DNA of 64,000 nt from a virus, in IMG/VR virus record IMGVR_UViG_3300009999_000006; one strand, 5' to 3'. The translations under genes and the position numbers were made by a program. Numbering within the stretch: position 1 is the stretch's first letter; every line of letters starts with the position of its first letter. This document shows, in pieces, positions 11,801 through 20,788 of this stretch. Below the pieces are notes generated by a model, which saw only the letters and a program-made list of their open reading frames with translations, was not told where the DNA came from and did no database searches.

Positions 11801-13391
11801 TTCTTGTCAGACGCTTTGTTTGACGGTCGTATGCGTCTAAGAACGCATAGTTCTTTTTCAGACGTTCGACCCCTTTGGCTTCTTTGACATCAAAAAGTTT
11901 TTCATATTCCCGACGAGCCCGGTCTTTCTTGTTCGTTTTGAATCGTTCAAGCTGGTTCTTGCGTTCTTCTGTATCCATCGCTACCGGGACTAAGTTCTTT
12001 TGGAAGATGTTTGCAATGTCATCAAACCGTTCGCGGACAATTTGATGGTGGTATCCTGTATCATGGTTCAACAATGTAACCCCATAATGTTCTTTGCCTT
12101 CAATCATCATTTTTTGAACTGCACTCGCAACTTCATAATGATTGTTTTTGTTTAAAGTTGCCGTACGGAAATCGCGTGCTCGAATAAACTTCCCTTGTTT
12201 ATCTTTATCATAGATGGCATCGTACTTACCTTCAGCACCCATTCCTCGGTTCGCATAATACACTTGTCCCATTTCTACGGTATTAGCAGACAAACGTTTC
12301 AATGAACGCATTGACGTCGAATCTTTTCCATCTCGTAAGGCTCTTCCAAGTAACGAAATGTTCATATTGATATCGGCTAAGGCAAAGTGAGCCTGTGCCC
12401 CTTCTCGTCCTGTTAGGTTTCGATACAAGTTTCCCAGCGTCATGTTCCCTCCAAAGTCTTGGAGCGGTGTTTCGTAGAACGTACGGAAGAATTCTAACGT
12501 ATCCAGTTGAGACCGTTGCATGTTCTGATGCAACCGGTCAAGTGCTTTGTATTGCGTCGGACTATTTTTGAGACGTTGTTTTGTGGCACTGATAACATCA
12601 AGCATTGCGCGTTGGTCAAAGTTATGAACGTTGTGACCGGCAAGAACTGTCTTACTATCAACCACTTTATTGACAGCAAATAAAGCTTTTTCAATCGGTG
12701 TTGCTTCTTTAAGGTTATTAAAACCTCGTTCAATTTGGGCAATTCCTTCTTTAGTTCCTAAGGCAACATCTTTAAATTTTGTCCCGTGACTTTCTAAATA
12801 TGTAAATCCTTTTTCTTTTCGAATCTTAGCGCCGTCTCCATATTGCGTAATATCAGACAAGCTTCGGCGCATATCTTCTGATAAACCCACCCATCCTTTT
12901 TGATGAAGGGTGTCTAAAGCGGATTGAATTCGTTCCATTGATTTTTGGTTAGGAGAAATCAGTAAAGAGAGTTCTTCTCCTGTTTCTTTTATTCCGGCTC
13001 CACGAACTGTTTTCATGGCAATCTCAGTCACACTGAAAAAGTCAGCAATCCCATTTTTCCCACGGCGAACATCATTGTCTCGCATAAAAGAAGGAGACCC
13101 AATTGTCTCAATATCCCAGACACCAATCTTGGTATTGTCTCCAATTTTCATTAACGATTCATAGGTTCCTTGACCAGAAGCATATTTATCATGATTGTAC
13201 CCTTCCATGCTTGCCCAAATCTTTCGAGAGCTTTCTTCTGATTGATTATTATTTAAGATGGCGGCGATGTCATCTGACGATTTCAAATACTCAGGGTCTT
13301 CTTCGAATCGATTTTTATTCTGTCCAATTCCAAAGACCGTATACGAGTCTCCTGTAAACGCTTCTACCCGTTTGATTTTATCTTCTGCCAT
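5853..13391 (-). CDS. Putative virion single-chain two-barrel RNA polymerase with N-terminal DEDDh exonuclease-like domain (2512 aa)
   Basis: beta'-like motifs GKADMSAQFRV, NRYPTINDSTMQA and MAGDTDGD. beta-like motifs HDGMILAS, FKGITLGGGRH, DVKVLMP and MRIGKKEM. Exonuclease motifs WDIET, GHNVHNFD and HFALAD. Lies in the tail module. Confidence 0.85.
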   Translation of the reverse strand: MAEDKIKRVEAFTGDSYTVFGIGQNKNRFEEDPEYLKSSDDIAAILNNNQSEESSRKIWASMEGYNHDKYASGQGTYESLMKIGDNTKIGVWDIETIGSPSFMRDNDVRRGKNGIADFFSVTEIAMKTVRGAGIKETGEELSLLISPNQKSMERIQSALDTLHQKGWVGLSEDMRRSLSDITQYGDGAKIRKEKGFTYLESHGTKFKDVALGTKEGIAQIERGFNNLKEATPIEKALFAVNKVVDSKTVLAGHNVHNFDQRAMLDVISATKQRLKNSPTQYKALDRLHQNMQRSQLDTLEFFRTFYETPLQDFGGNMTLGNLYRNLTGREGAQAHFALADINMNISLLGRALRDGKDSTSMRSLKRLSANTVEMGQVYYANRGMGAEGKYDAIYDKDKQGKFIRARDFRTATLNKNNHYEVASAVQKMMIEGKEHYGVTLLNHDTGYHHQIVRERFDDIANIFQKNLVPVAMDTEERKNQLERFKTNKKDRARREYEKLFDVKEAKGVERLKKNYAFLDAYDRQTKRLTRSNVNPEFLHEKALSKALDVINQGVDDKYKVGTGFAENVLGMRGRLDSERGIWKEAIERIEKEDFHYTVQPKDGKKGGRFRDKVKETYALSQIKGRLEGLGTGEKEQYMTPGNKNMELTLNGKVRNLNVSDRSAFVASVKSILNRNVPMSQQKKMFLEMVGQLEDSGIISKEMRQEYLSLGMKRFNANQHLEINDVEKMAREVQTAANDGGVGIRKTARIDGKVQALLQPIKEYVEGTAISTSPIGSVGHQLMTTGVNGQHGKMFFEQIVNESIQQSRGYSKYDIADNVFLNVPKTVKEKIDRHNQGARLALEKSGLINLPKERIASIVGQSKNIKEGQTFESKVINLANQYAQNFGVRMDYNNDTGKMMMLLSKKDQASSMMGMTLQEAIKSNQVAHFEIPMMNPDGTIEMAGRQFVGRLSAGMGTGNTMKVTNVVDEFFNEMGNHSNRLNRAMERSEQIGSPMNILDVHGRVNSKIQSIQQGLVTNHSLFDANPEKEFARNSKLANHNRAMQMDVTGMAEYWYKSREHAFDMGGVDNVEKRMKENNLSFFQAMNMREQNYFHRDIDDFMNQEFFNGEQRLSHHGLSDNQARNGVRSLVDNRSYFAFGEFNPTARENLNKALNYKALGTNANEVEEVRNRVASTHSESETYRMMKGLTTTDTAKAIQGEELSHLNVRVGLTNEFQVNTLVKSAERELETKIGILEGKAKLNPQEHAELQELKSLQTRLGRVGSMSMHDGMILASKSLQEALGSTKQKSVDIGIQKLLNPELQKLMEEKGLFTTEGAVKVESGQGINYADLKQAGLVEEKHGNYRITVGSMMTAEGGEFKAIDAGEYKNWNKNFEITGFDADSGRVLFTEQDKAMQSFKGITLGGGRHTMEFIDDDVLKFVSKSNDVKVLMPEPEIKKNMGGTYLRSVVDTYSDEIKKQILATPEERSKEVQDVLKKHGAEGRVTVADLSKGGLEDNVMKELMSPALDKELGLTGQYKIEDGAVILNSHLENEARNLSKEKVVAFDKSMETSTGFSRISQAGFEVVNEGIGKHDIHSYESTGKKMRIGKKEMNVVRSIYGSYDTEGNARNVVTGGADYSKWLESEIHNSSTSRKPSKDIFQEIVSGLQGNGTPQKGDSVIDFSGKTIGDEVNTAYDVGGVNYVDSKILDKSGKVTAKDMAFIAEDYAGTIMSHKLSDVKMHGKDKKLGDITKGNTFMQLPEEFGENRFVQLVDTSGLSRLDESAPMMLEMQKKQLGLYRNLKEFQNLGTGTATGPELEKHKQQIMQNVEESVSALQKETATFATSARDGGLINKLMVGKADMSAQFRVQTVNPFENFTMKDGQWENTGKYKEGTVYISRNRMSEMIGGNENTIAQAIYGKEAQAMIEKHGDNLHSVILDDLTHHVDGKNMSLYGNTNRYPTINDSTMQATRFVVDGTMEHDDRRALISVGTLKVMAGDTDGDVINGMLTHYKDKDAAKWHETVKARHDLSLPGNEQQANTILNEYREDLAKTYMTTRNYSEGAEQIDLQTAKKEVDSLILNNQEGKDVTVQTLVAQGFDEEKAQDFFKYKVNIDENILTTEARQGKGSIGMIDNTRESMRELHSMTQEALVAHGLRDEGTARRNEFIVQNFGSTISQELISSKKVTIDSFVNEVSAESNNLSNEEIYAEAQKRMQHRHESIDNIQQLLKNPNADNRMQLHDELNNLGMFESGNKYFNGEAISKQEILKTGLDQLGEAHELSAQRGGMQGSALAINRSTGMDSTDRLSSSLFGENFMPTSTHKEILTEGMREGEEFFEQKKQDFQAHVANTYKERNQHSSFLDGLDAQPEGRPRYNIIDEISKNGGSFTAENAGNALSKVKMGTSDVFNGIKKMAMSPAGISFAAIWGASSMMRSGPTPEGAEAQQEARQMDVAPEQMLTSPTARVTPNGESTMLKISGRGMSGLDHNALAGIVNAEVQQMSGTKMDMNVNINDNTQTISNRWIQQKLNESLNQ

Positions 13392-13407
13392 GTTGTTCCC
13401 TCCATAT

Positions 13408-13439
13408 AAAGAAAAGGGAGGATACTTCCTCCCCCTCTG
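13408..13439 (-). terminator. Intrinsic terminator
   Basis: GGGAGGA-AGTA-TCCTCCC followed by TTTTCTTT on the - strand. Confidence 0.65.
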
Positions 13440-16400
13440 TTAGCTCAATAAGCTGGCCCAGTTTTTCTGCATTTCACTTAATACTTCTTGTGTTCTATCC
13501 ATTTGAATATCAAAGTTCGTCTTAATCCCTGGACTATCGGATTGGACTTTTGACATTGTGATTTGAACATTGGAAAGGCCGGCTCCTTTTAAAACTTTCG
13601 TCAGACGTGCAATATCAACGGCACCGCCATGTCCTTTAATTGGAATAGCTTTGGCATTACCTTCTTGCGCCCGTTGTTCATCATCGTCCCAGTAGTTAGC
13701 TTCGGTTAAATCAATGCCTTCATTTTTCATGACTTTAATTTTAACCGCATCCAAGCTCTTTCCTGGGTCCCAACCACTCCAGTCTTCATCTGGTAAGTTA
13801 TGACTGTTGAAATACGATTGAAGGTTTTCCTTTTTATCCGCTTTCATGCCCCATGATTTCTGGTAGATGGCTCGTTGGTATTTTGGAACCAAACGAAGAA
13901 TCTTTTCTCGTTCTTTCGGAGAAGCACTCATGAACTTCGTAAAGTACTCTCGGTCTTTTGCCGGTAACCCTTTATAGATGTTTTGGAAATTGATGTTTTC
14001 ATCGGCTGAATAAATCGTTGATTCATACTCTTGCTTATAACGTAAAGCAAGGGCGCCAATTGGACCTAGGTCTTGTGTTGGACGCGTATCATTCATTTCT
14101 TTGAGCGTATCATTGTGGTCTTTTAATTCAGCACGTAATGCTTCTACATCACCATAACCACTTTTCTTCTGAATGCTCAACCTTTTTTTCTGCTCATTGA
14201 TATATTTCTTTAAGCCTTTGTTTTGTTTCCCGGTTTCATCTTGGGCTTCCAAGATAGCATCTAAGTCGACACCTTCTCGTTCCTTCGCTAATTCCTTGGT
14301 CTTTTCATACAATCCTTTGAACTTAACGTATTTCAGTTTATCGAAGTATTCATCGACTTCTCGTTCTTTGCGACGACGCGCTGGAATCCAGTTACTATCG
14401 TCTCCGATAACATCTTTCCCAATCTCACCTACTGTTTTAGCAGTGGCTAGTAAACCAACAGTTAAGCCTAAGCCCATACCGATGATACCCGGTGCCCGGT
14501 TCCGTCCGAACATGTATCCGATACCATATCCTTCGGCGGCGGCAACAATCGGATTACGAGACGCCATAGTATCAATCATGGGTTGAATCCAACCTGACCA
14601 TGGACTTGCCCAGTCCCGCCATGCTTTTCCATACAGTTCTCGTTCATACGATTCTACTGGAGAACGGACTTGTAAGAACTTATCCGCAAATACACCAGCG
14701 ATTGGAATCTTCGGTAGGATATCTCGAACGACGGTATCATACATTTTACCAACTGTAATCTGTTCACTAGAATAGAGAGCGGCTGTGGCAACAGCGGAAC
14801 CGTCATCTCGAATCGTGACTTTGTCTTTCGTATCTGCACGGTTCGCTAACATGAAGTTTAAGTTCGCACCTTTGTTCGTTAAATAGAATGGATTACCTTC
14901 TTCATTGTGTTGCGTGAAGACGACAGCCCGCATCGTATTCATTAAGTCTTTACGTTCCCGGTTGAGTGGGTCAGCGTCCAGTCCAATCTTTAAGGTTGCC
15001 CCTTCATAGATATACTGTTTCACATAATCAACGGTCTCGGTATCACTATTCTTGATTTGAACCCCTGCTAACTTAATCGGGTTCGCTTCTCCATACTCTC
15101 GGGTAACGAATGTATTGGCATCCAAGACTTTGGTAACTGTAACGGTTTCTTTATTGATTTCAGCATTATTGAACTTACGGTCATAAAGATGTTTCTTTTC
15201 TTTCTTTTCTTTGACTTGTTCTCGAATTGTTTTGTACTGTTCATTATCTTCTTCCGATAATTCCCCATTGCTATTCAATAACGAGACTTGTTTTTTTGCC
15301 ATTCGGTATTGGTCAGAGTATGGTGCAACATCTGCTAGAATGCGTAGGCGGTCAAGAGCCGAATAGTTCCCGTCAGCATCCTTCTTGACATTATAGAGCT
15401 TCTCGTATGCATCTCCCGGTAAACGCATCAGACCAGCATTGACGCGTGAATACGGGTCACCGTGTTTGAAGTCAGTGAAGTATTCCGCACCCGGCATCCA
15501 TTCCGGCATTTTGTTACGGATTGGGTTGTAATAGTTCTTATTTGGGTCACGAGCAAGGTAACGACGGGTAATCTCGGAAATGTCTCCACCGAGTCCACCG
15601 AGTTCCATGTCCCAGAATTTCCGGTTATATGAACTCATGACACCTGAATCTTGTAACGTGTTTCCTCGACCACTTTCTTCGAATCCAATCCCCGACTTGG
15701 CGGCGAAACCAAAGATACCAGCGATTTCGGATGTATTGTACCAAACATCACGAAGCGAACCATATTGTACATTTAATGGGTTGTCTCGATTGATAGCGTC
15801 ATCTACATCATATAAGACATTCGGGTCTCGTGTAGATTCCAAGCTAGAAATACCACGACTAATCGGACTCGTGCTTTCCATAAGCCCCATATTTTGCTCT
15901 GTGAGCGTTGTCTTCGTAACTTCAGCCCCGTAGCCGCCCCCACCAGATACAGACGTTCCAGCACCCTCTCCTGAGCGTCCTCCTGTAGGAGAGTATCCAC
16001 CACTGGCTTGTCCACTACTATAAGCATCGCCATTGTAAAACTCTTGTTCATCTTCATTCTTTTCTTCGAAATCAAGACTGACGGTATCATCAATTCGTTT
16101 GACCCCACCTGAAGGCATCATTTCAAGAGTGGCGCCACCGTTAGCTGTTGCATAGGCACTTGCTAATCGTTGGTTATACTCTTCTAAATACTCACGGTGT
16201 GCTTTATTCAAACGTTTATCTTCTGTTCGTGGCTTCAAAACGCGGCCGACGGTGTCATCAATCAAAGGACCGACGATAGGAATGTTATCGAGTTCTGCAA
16301 ATCCACCCGTAACCGCGAATGGCCGTTCGTCTTTTAACTTATTTTCATAGTGTTTGCTATCAAAAACAAAGTGACGAAGCGGTGCTAGGGGATGGGTTAA

Positions 16401-19400
16401 TGTCGGCATCCAATGATTGGCCCAGTATTCCGATTCTGAACCTGACCCATTTTCACTAAATTGATAGTCCGATTTCATGCGCCGATACCAGTTTGGTTGC
16501 CAGCGTTCTATTTTTCCACCCATCCAAGGAGTCGTGGAACCAATTCCCCAGTACCGTCCTTTACGAACAGCGTCTTCTCCAGACTCATAGTATTCCTTGA
16601 GTTCTTCAGGACTACGGAAATCGGTTAAAGCGCCACCAGTTGCAAAGTTCATGGCTTTCATTGGAATCCATTCATTGATTTGGTCAGTACCGGCAAAGAC
16701 TCGGCTCCATGAGCGACCAATCGTATTGATACCTAAGAACTCTTTTGCTTTCGACGTATCTTGTTGCATGTTGACATATGTATCAGCGGCACTATCACTA
16801 ATTGTATCATTCGTTAAACCATCAAGATACATGGCTTGTTGATAAGCCACATATGGTAAAACAATCCGCCGTCCCCATTGGTTCATGACAATGGACGTAG
16901 CAGAACCTCGTAGGCTATTACCGAGTCCAAGACCCATCTGTGCCATCGCATCATCAAGACGAGAAGCAAAGAACCAAGGAACCATGGTTCCGGCAGTCAC
17001 GTCTTCAATGTTTTTCTTACCAGCAAAGATTTGTTTGAAGTAATTGCCGACTCCTTTTGCTCCAGATAACGTCTGGTCATAGATATCAGAGTAGTCTTCG
17101 GAGTCTGCTGAAATCTGACGGTTGATGCTTTCAAGCATTCCCCGGTGTTTCTTAATCATATGGAAGTGAGCATCTTTTCCGTAATGGTTGACCGGTTCAT
17201 CTCCCGGCCCTGTGGCCCACCATGGGTCTTTCCGTTTGAGTGTACCCAGCATATCCATATGCCGTTCGCCTTCACTGAAGTAGTCTCTGAAGTCCTGTAA
17301 AGCTTCAGCACTAGCGCCATACTCTTTGTCTCCGATTCGACTCTCAAATTGTTGGAGATGAGATAGGTTCATTAAGTCCATCGTTTCTTGAACTTCAGAA
17401 CGTCCAATCTTCTTATCTAAAAATCCTGCTTCCAGATGCTCTTTAACACTTGTTCCTTTAACTCGATTAAAGTTAACAAGTCCTAATTGCTCAATACTTT
17501 TCCGTAAATCATCGGTCTGTCCGACCATTCGGTCGTATCCGACAGAAGCGATGTTAAACATCTCACTACTGACTAAAGCCTTCTCAGGAATTGTCGTCTT
17601 CTGACGAAGGAATAAAGCTTGGTCTTTTTCATACTGACGATAGATTTGAGCGATTTGTTTTTCAACGCCACCAATTAATTCTTGAGAATCAACCTTGACC
17701 TTTGAAGCATCCATCCCACGAATCTTATAAACAAGGTCTTGGGCAACATTCAAAATGTATTCATCATTGTCTCGTAAACTATGGAAATCAATGTTAATGT
17801 CATATTGTTTCTTCATGACATCTTGGAGTTCGTCTCCCCAATAGAAACTGGTATCATGACCCATAGCACGTGTGCTTCGTCCGACCAAGTTATTCATCTT
17901 ATTATAAGTTTCTTCTAGGTCTGCATTAGGACGGTTTCTTAAATTATGAATGAGGTTTGGTCCATAGTCTGGATTCGCATCTTTGGTTAAAGCTCGTTTG
18001 AACCGGTCGAAGATAGATTCATTTTCTTGTTTTCCACCCCATACACTTCTAACAAAACCAACGTCTCCATCATGTTGCGTCATCCCTGTAATGGATTCCG
18101 CAAAACGTTTCGGTACCCCGAACTCACTCGAAACCAGAATCAAGTCGTCTTCAATCATTCCTGATTTTAAATCCAGTTGTTGAATACTCTTCCCTTTTTT
18201 CAATTGTTCTGTCAGACGGTCTAGGTCATACGAAGCTCCACCGGCATAAACATAATCTTTTCTGAACGGTGTCATGGCGGCATCGTTATTCCGACGCATG
18301 TAGTTCTCGTCCATCAAGTCATACGCATTGCTACCATCTTGTAGTTTCTTACTAGCGAATGCCGACATCTCTCCTCGTTTAAACATACGGAAAAGTGGTG
18401 CTTCCCGGCTTGCTTTCTGTGCGCCGTACTGAATTAAGTCAATGGGGTTGAAGTTCAAGAATGGGACTTGGAAGTTTTGATGAACGAAGTCAACGGTCTT
18501 ATCCATACTCCGTTGAATGTTTGTCATGTCTGCAATATGGAATGTTTCTTTATTTAAGAAGATAGCAGGGTCAACAATCATCTGCTTCGTTTCTTCCATG
18601 TCATATCCAAGCTTCTTCGCATTGTTCAGGATTTCTTCCACGAAATCCATTTGATGTCGATTCTTACCTTCCCGTTGCATTGGGGAGTAACGGGCTTTGA
18701 GTCCTCCATCATCATTCATGACATCTTCTAACGTCAACTGATGGTATCCATTTCGTTCCATTGACTGGCTCATGAAAGTTTTGTTGTTGTCTTTATGTAA
18801 TCCTTTCATCAACGCTTCGAAGTTTGCTTTCTGCATAACTTGATAACTGCTTTCAACAGACTTCCGCTCTTCGATAGTCATGGTCTTGTTTAAGACCGCT
18901 TCCCCATTCTTTTGGGTATATTTAATGCGTTGGTTGTTTTCATCAACGGTTTTAAAGAGTTCTTCTACGAAATCACTTCGTTCTTGCCCATCCATCTTAT
19001 CCATATTGATGAAATGGTTTTGTGTTTCTTTTGCTTGCTTCGTCATGTTCTTCTGAACAAAGTCCACGACTTCTCGTTCTGAAGGATTTGAGCGACTCAG
19101 TAAGTTACTTTTTAATAAGAGTTCTTCAAGTCCCGTTTCAAAGTGAGGTTGAAATCTCGGGTTTTCTCGCAATTGATTTAAGTTGGTATCAATCCGTGTT
19201 CGTTTAATGGCTTCCGCTTGTAATGATTTATTTGAACTCAGGTGCTCGACAACACGTCGTGGCATTAATGGGGTATCCGCTAATTGGTTCGGTTGATTCC
19301 GCGCCGATTGTTGCGCCCGAAAAGCCAGTCGCATCCGTCGTTCATATTCTTCTGGGTCTCGGTAAGCTTTTAAAACACTCATGAAGCCTGGTTTAGACCC

Positions 19401-19634
19401 TAAAGCACTAGTCATGACACTACCACGAGAAGCGACTTCTCCAATAATTTCACCTGCCATGTTAAAACGATGGCTTCTCATGAGTCCACGCATGATAGGA
19501 GCACCGATGGCATGACGATTACGAATCAACCCATACCCGATAGCACCGGCTCCGACAATCTTGACGGCACCAATGGCCGTCTGTGCCATCTGTTCTCTTT
19601 TTTGTTGATTTTGCATATCGCGCATATCTGCCAT
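13440..19634 (-). CDS. Tape-measure-position large virion protein with degenerate SNase-like OB domain (2064 aa)
   Basis: Directly follows the tail chaperone genes. Has hydrophobic Gly-rich segments. VTKVLDANTF...IKLAGVQ resembles SNase without its catalytic residues. Confidence 0.6.
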   Translation of the reverse strand: MADMRDMQNQQKREQMAQTAIGAVKIVGAGAIGYGLIRNRHAIGAPIMRGLMRSHRFNMAGEIIGEVASRGSVMTSALGSKPGFMSVLKAYRDPEEYERRMRLAFRAQQSARNQPNQLADTPLMPRRVVEHLSSNKSLQAEAIKRTRIDTNLNQLRENPRFQPHFETGLEELLLKSNLLSRSNPSEREVVDFVQKNMTKQAKETQNHFINMDKMDGQERSDFVEELFKTVDENNQRIKYTQKNGEAVLNKTMTIEERKSVESSYQVMQKANFEALMKGLHKDNNKTFMSQSMERNGYHQLTLEDVMNDDGGLKARYSPMQREGKNRHQMDFVEEILNNAKKLGYDMEETKQMIVDPAIFLNKETFHIADMTNIQRSMDKTVDFVHQNFQVPFLNFNPIDLIQYGAQKASREAPLFRMFKRGEMSAFASKKLQDGSNAYDLMDENYMRRNNDAAMTPFRKDYVYAGGASYDLDRLTEQLKKGKSIQQLDLKSGMIEDDLILVSSEFGVPKRFAESITGMTQHDGDVGFVRSVWGGKQENESIFDRFKRALTKDANPDYGPNLIHNLRNRPNADLEETYNKMNNLVGRSTRAMGHDTSFYWGDELQDVMKKQYDINIDFHSLRDNDEYILNVAQDLVYKIRGMDASKVKVDSQELIGGVEKQIAQIYRQYEKDQALFLRQKTTIPEKALVSSEMFNIASVGYDRMVGQTDDLRKSIEQLGLVNFNRVKGTSVKEHLEAGFLDKKIGRSEVQETMDLMNLSHLQQFESRIGDKEYGASAEALQDFRDYFSEGERHMDMLGTLKRKDPWWATGPGDEPVNHYGKDAHFHMIKKHRGMLESINRQISADSEDYSDIYDQTLSGAKGVGNYFKQIFAGKKNIEDVTAGTMVPWFFASRLDDAMAQMGLGLGNSLRGSATSIVMNQWGRRIVLPYVAYQQAMYLDGLTNDTISDSAADTYVNMQQDTSKAKEFLGINTIGRSWSRVFAGTDQINEWIPMKAMNFATGGALTDFRSPEELKEYYESGEDAVRKGRYWGIGSTTPWMGGKIERWQPNWYRRMKSDYQFSENGSGSESEYWANHWMPTLTHPLAPLRHFVFDSKHYENKLKDERPFAVTGGFAELDNIPIVGPLIDDTVGRVLKPRTEDKRLNKAHREYLEEYNQRLASAYATANGGATLEMMPSGGVKRIDDTVSLDFEEKNEDEQEFYNGDAYSSGQASGGYSPTGGRSGEGAGTSVSGGGGYGAEVTKTTLTEQNMGLMESTSPISRGISSLESTRDPNVLYDVDDAINRDNPLNVQYGSLRDVWYNTSEIAGIFGFAAKSGIGFEESGRGNTLQDSGVMSSYNRKFWDMELGGLGGDISEITRRYLARDPNKNYYNPIRNKMPEWMPGAEYFTDFKHGDPYSRVNAGLMRLPGDAYEKLYNVKKDADGNYSALDRLRILADVAPYSDQYRMAKKQVSLLNSNGELSEEDNEQYKTIREQVKEKKEKKHLYDRKFNNAEINKETVTVTKVLDANTFVTREYGEANPIKLAGVQIKNSDTETVDYVKQYIYEGATLKIGLDADPLNRERKDLMNTMRAVVFTQHNEEGNPFYLTNKGANLNFMLANRADTKDKVTIRDDGSAVATAALYSSEQITVGKMYDTVVRDILPKIPIAGVFADKFLQVRSPVESYERELYGKAWRDWASPWSGWIQPMIDTMASRNPIVAAAEGYGIGYMFGRNRAPGIIGMGLGLTVGLLATAKTVGEIGKDVIGDDSNWIPARRRKEREVDEYFDKLKYVKFKGLYEKTKELAKEREGVDLDAILEAQDETGKQNKGLKKYINEQKKRLSIQKKSGYGDVEALRAELKDHNDTLKEMNDTRPTQDLGPIGALALRYKQEYESTIYSADENINFQNIYKGLPAKDREYFTKFMSASPKEREKILRLVPKYQRAIYQKSWGMKADKKENLQSYFNSHNLPDEDWSGWDPGKSLDAVKIKVMKNEGIDLTEANYWDDDEQRAQEGNAKAIPIKGHGGAVDIARLTKVLKGAGLSNVQITMSKVQSDSPGIKTNFDIQMDRTQEVLSEMQKNWASLLS

Positions 19635-19647
19635 CTACATTCTCTCC

Positions 19648-20253
19648 TTATCGTCTTGCTTGCATTTTTTCCTGTTCAATTAAATCTTCCAGTTCATTTG
19701 AATCGTCAAACTCAATACCACGCATCGTTTTTAATGTCCAAAGGGCCCGCGCTTCGTACCAACACATTTTTCGAATACTCCAGTTTAAGATTTCTTCGAG
19801 TTCAAAATTCGGGAACGCTTCTTTAATGACACAAGCAATCTGTTCTTCAATCGTATTGTTGATTATCATTTTCTGTTCTGTCCGGTATTGTTTGATTTCA
19901 TCAGACGAATCAGGGCTTAAACCTGAATGGTAAAGGATTTGCCGACAAAGTAATTGCGGGACAACTCCATGCATTTCCACATTCCAATCTTCAAACAATG
20001 GGTCGAGGACGGTCATCTTACAGATTTCTTCTTCTTGTTCTTCTCGTTCTAAATGAGAGTCTCGGATGTTAGCGAATTCTCGAAACGATAAAGCACGGAA
20101 TGTAATAATAGCCCCCATTAACTCTACCTGATAGATATCAAAATACTTTTCTTTTAACTCACGGAGCAAACTATAATCTACTTGCTGAAACTCTTCTTCT
20201 TGCTCTTTTTCTTCGATATCTTGTTTCCATTCTTCATAGTTTTCATAACTCAT
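19648..20253 (-). CDS. Tail assembly chaperone-like protein 2
   Basis: Lies between the tube genes and the TMP-position gene. Paralogous to 20312-20764 (FRALSFREF/WRPIRRIEY, EEICK/EKICD, ILYHSG/ILEQSG). Confidence 0.55.
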   Translation of the reverse strand: MSYENYEEWKQDIEEKEQEEEFQQVDYSLLRELKEKYFDIYQVELMGAIITFRALSFREFANIRDSHLEREEQEEEICKMTVLDPLFEDWNVEMHGVVPQLLCRQILYHSGLSPDSSDEIKQYRTEQKMIINNTIEEQIACVIKEAFPNFELEEILNWSIRKMCWYEARALWTLKTMRGIEFDDSNELEDLIEQEKMQARR

Positions 20254-20269
20254 ATATATTCCTCCTCAT

Positions 20270-20303
20270 AGAAAAAAGGAAGGGACAAGGCCCTCCCCTT
20301 TAG
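20270..20303 (-). terminator. Intrinsic terminator
   Basis: GGGGAGGGC-CTT-GTCCCTTCC plus T-tract on the - strand. Confidence 0.55.
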
Positions 20304-20311
20304 GGTGTTCA

Positions 20312-20764
20312 TTATAGACGTACAGCGTTTACAGTTGGGTTGAAACCAGATTGTTCTAGAATCAATTCCGATAGAATCGTCGGAACACCAGCAAGACCAT
20401 TGGACATGGCCGCTGAACGGAAGTTAGCAGGGAAGAGAATGCATGTATCGCAAATCTTTTCTTCATTGAAGTAACGGTCTGCTCCTGGTACTTTCATAAT
20501 CCCTTTATATTCGATACGACGGATAGGCCGCCAGACATAAATCTCATTTTGAATTTCAGTTAAGAAGACATTATCTTGGAAACGACTTTTCCATTCTTCG
20601 ACTTGGTCAAGTGTTGGTCCGTTTGGAACGATAAGTTGTTCGCCGTCGATTTCTTCGAAAGCATCCACTTGTTCTTTAACGCCTTCTACTCGCTCAACTT
20701 GCTCTTCTTCTTGCATATCCATTTCTACTTCTTGTTCTACCGCTTCTTTTTTTACACGTGCCAT
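20312..20764 (-). CDS. Tail assembly chaperone-like protein 1
   Basis: Small acidic protein downstream of the tube genes; paralog of its neighbour. Confidence 0.55.
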   Translation of the reverse strand: MARVKKEAVEQEVEMDMQEEEQVERVEGVKEQVDAFEEIDGEQLIVPNGPTLDQVEEWKSRFQDNVFLTEIQNEIYVWRPIRRIEYKGIMKVPGADRYFNEEKICDTCILFPANFRSAAMSNGLAGVPTILSELILEQSGFNPTVNAVRL

Positions 20765-20788
20765 GTGGTCGTGCCTCCCTATGTATGG

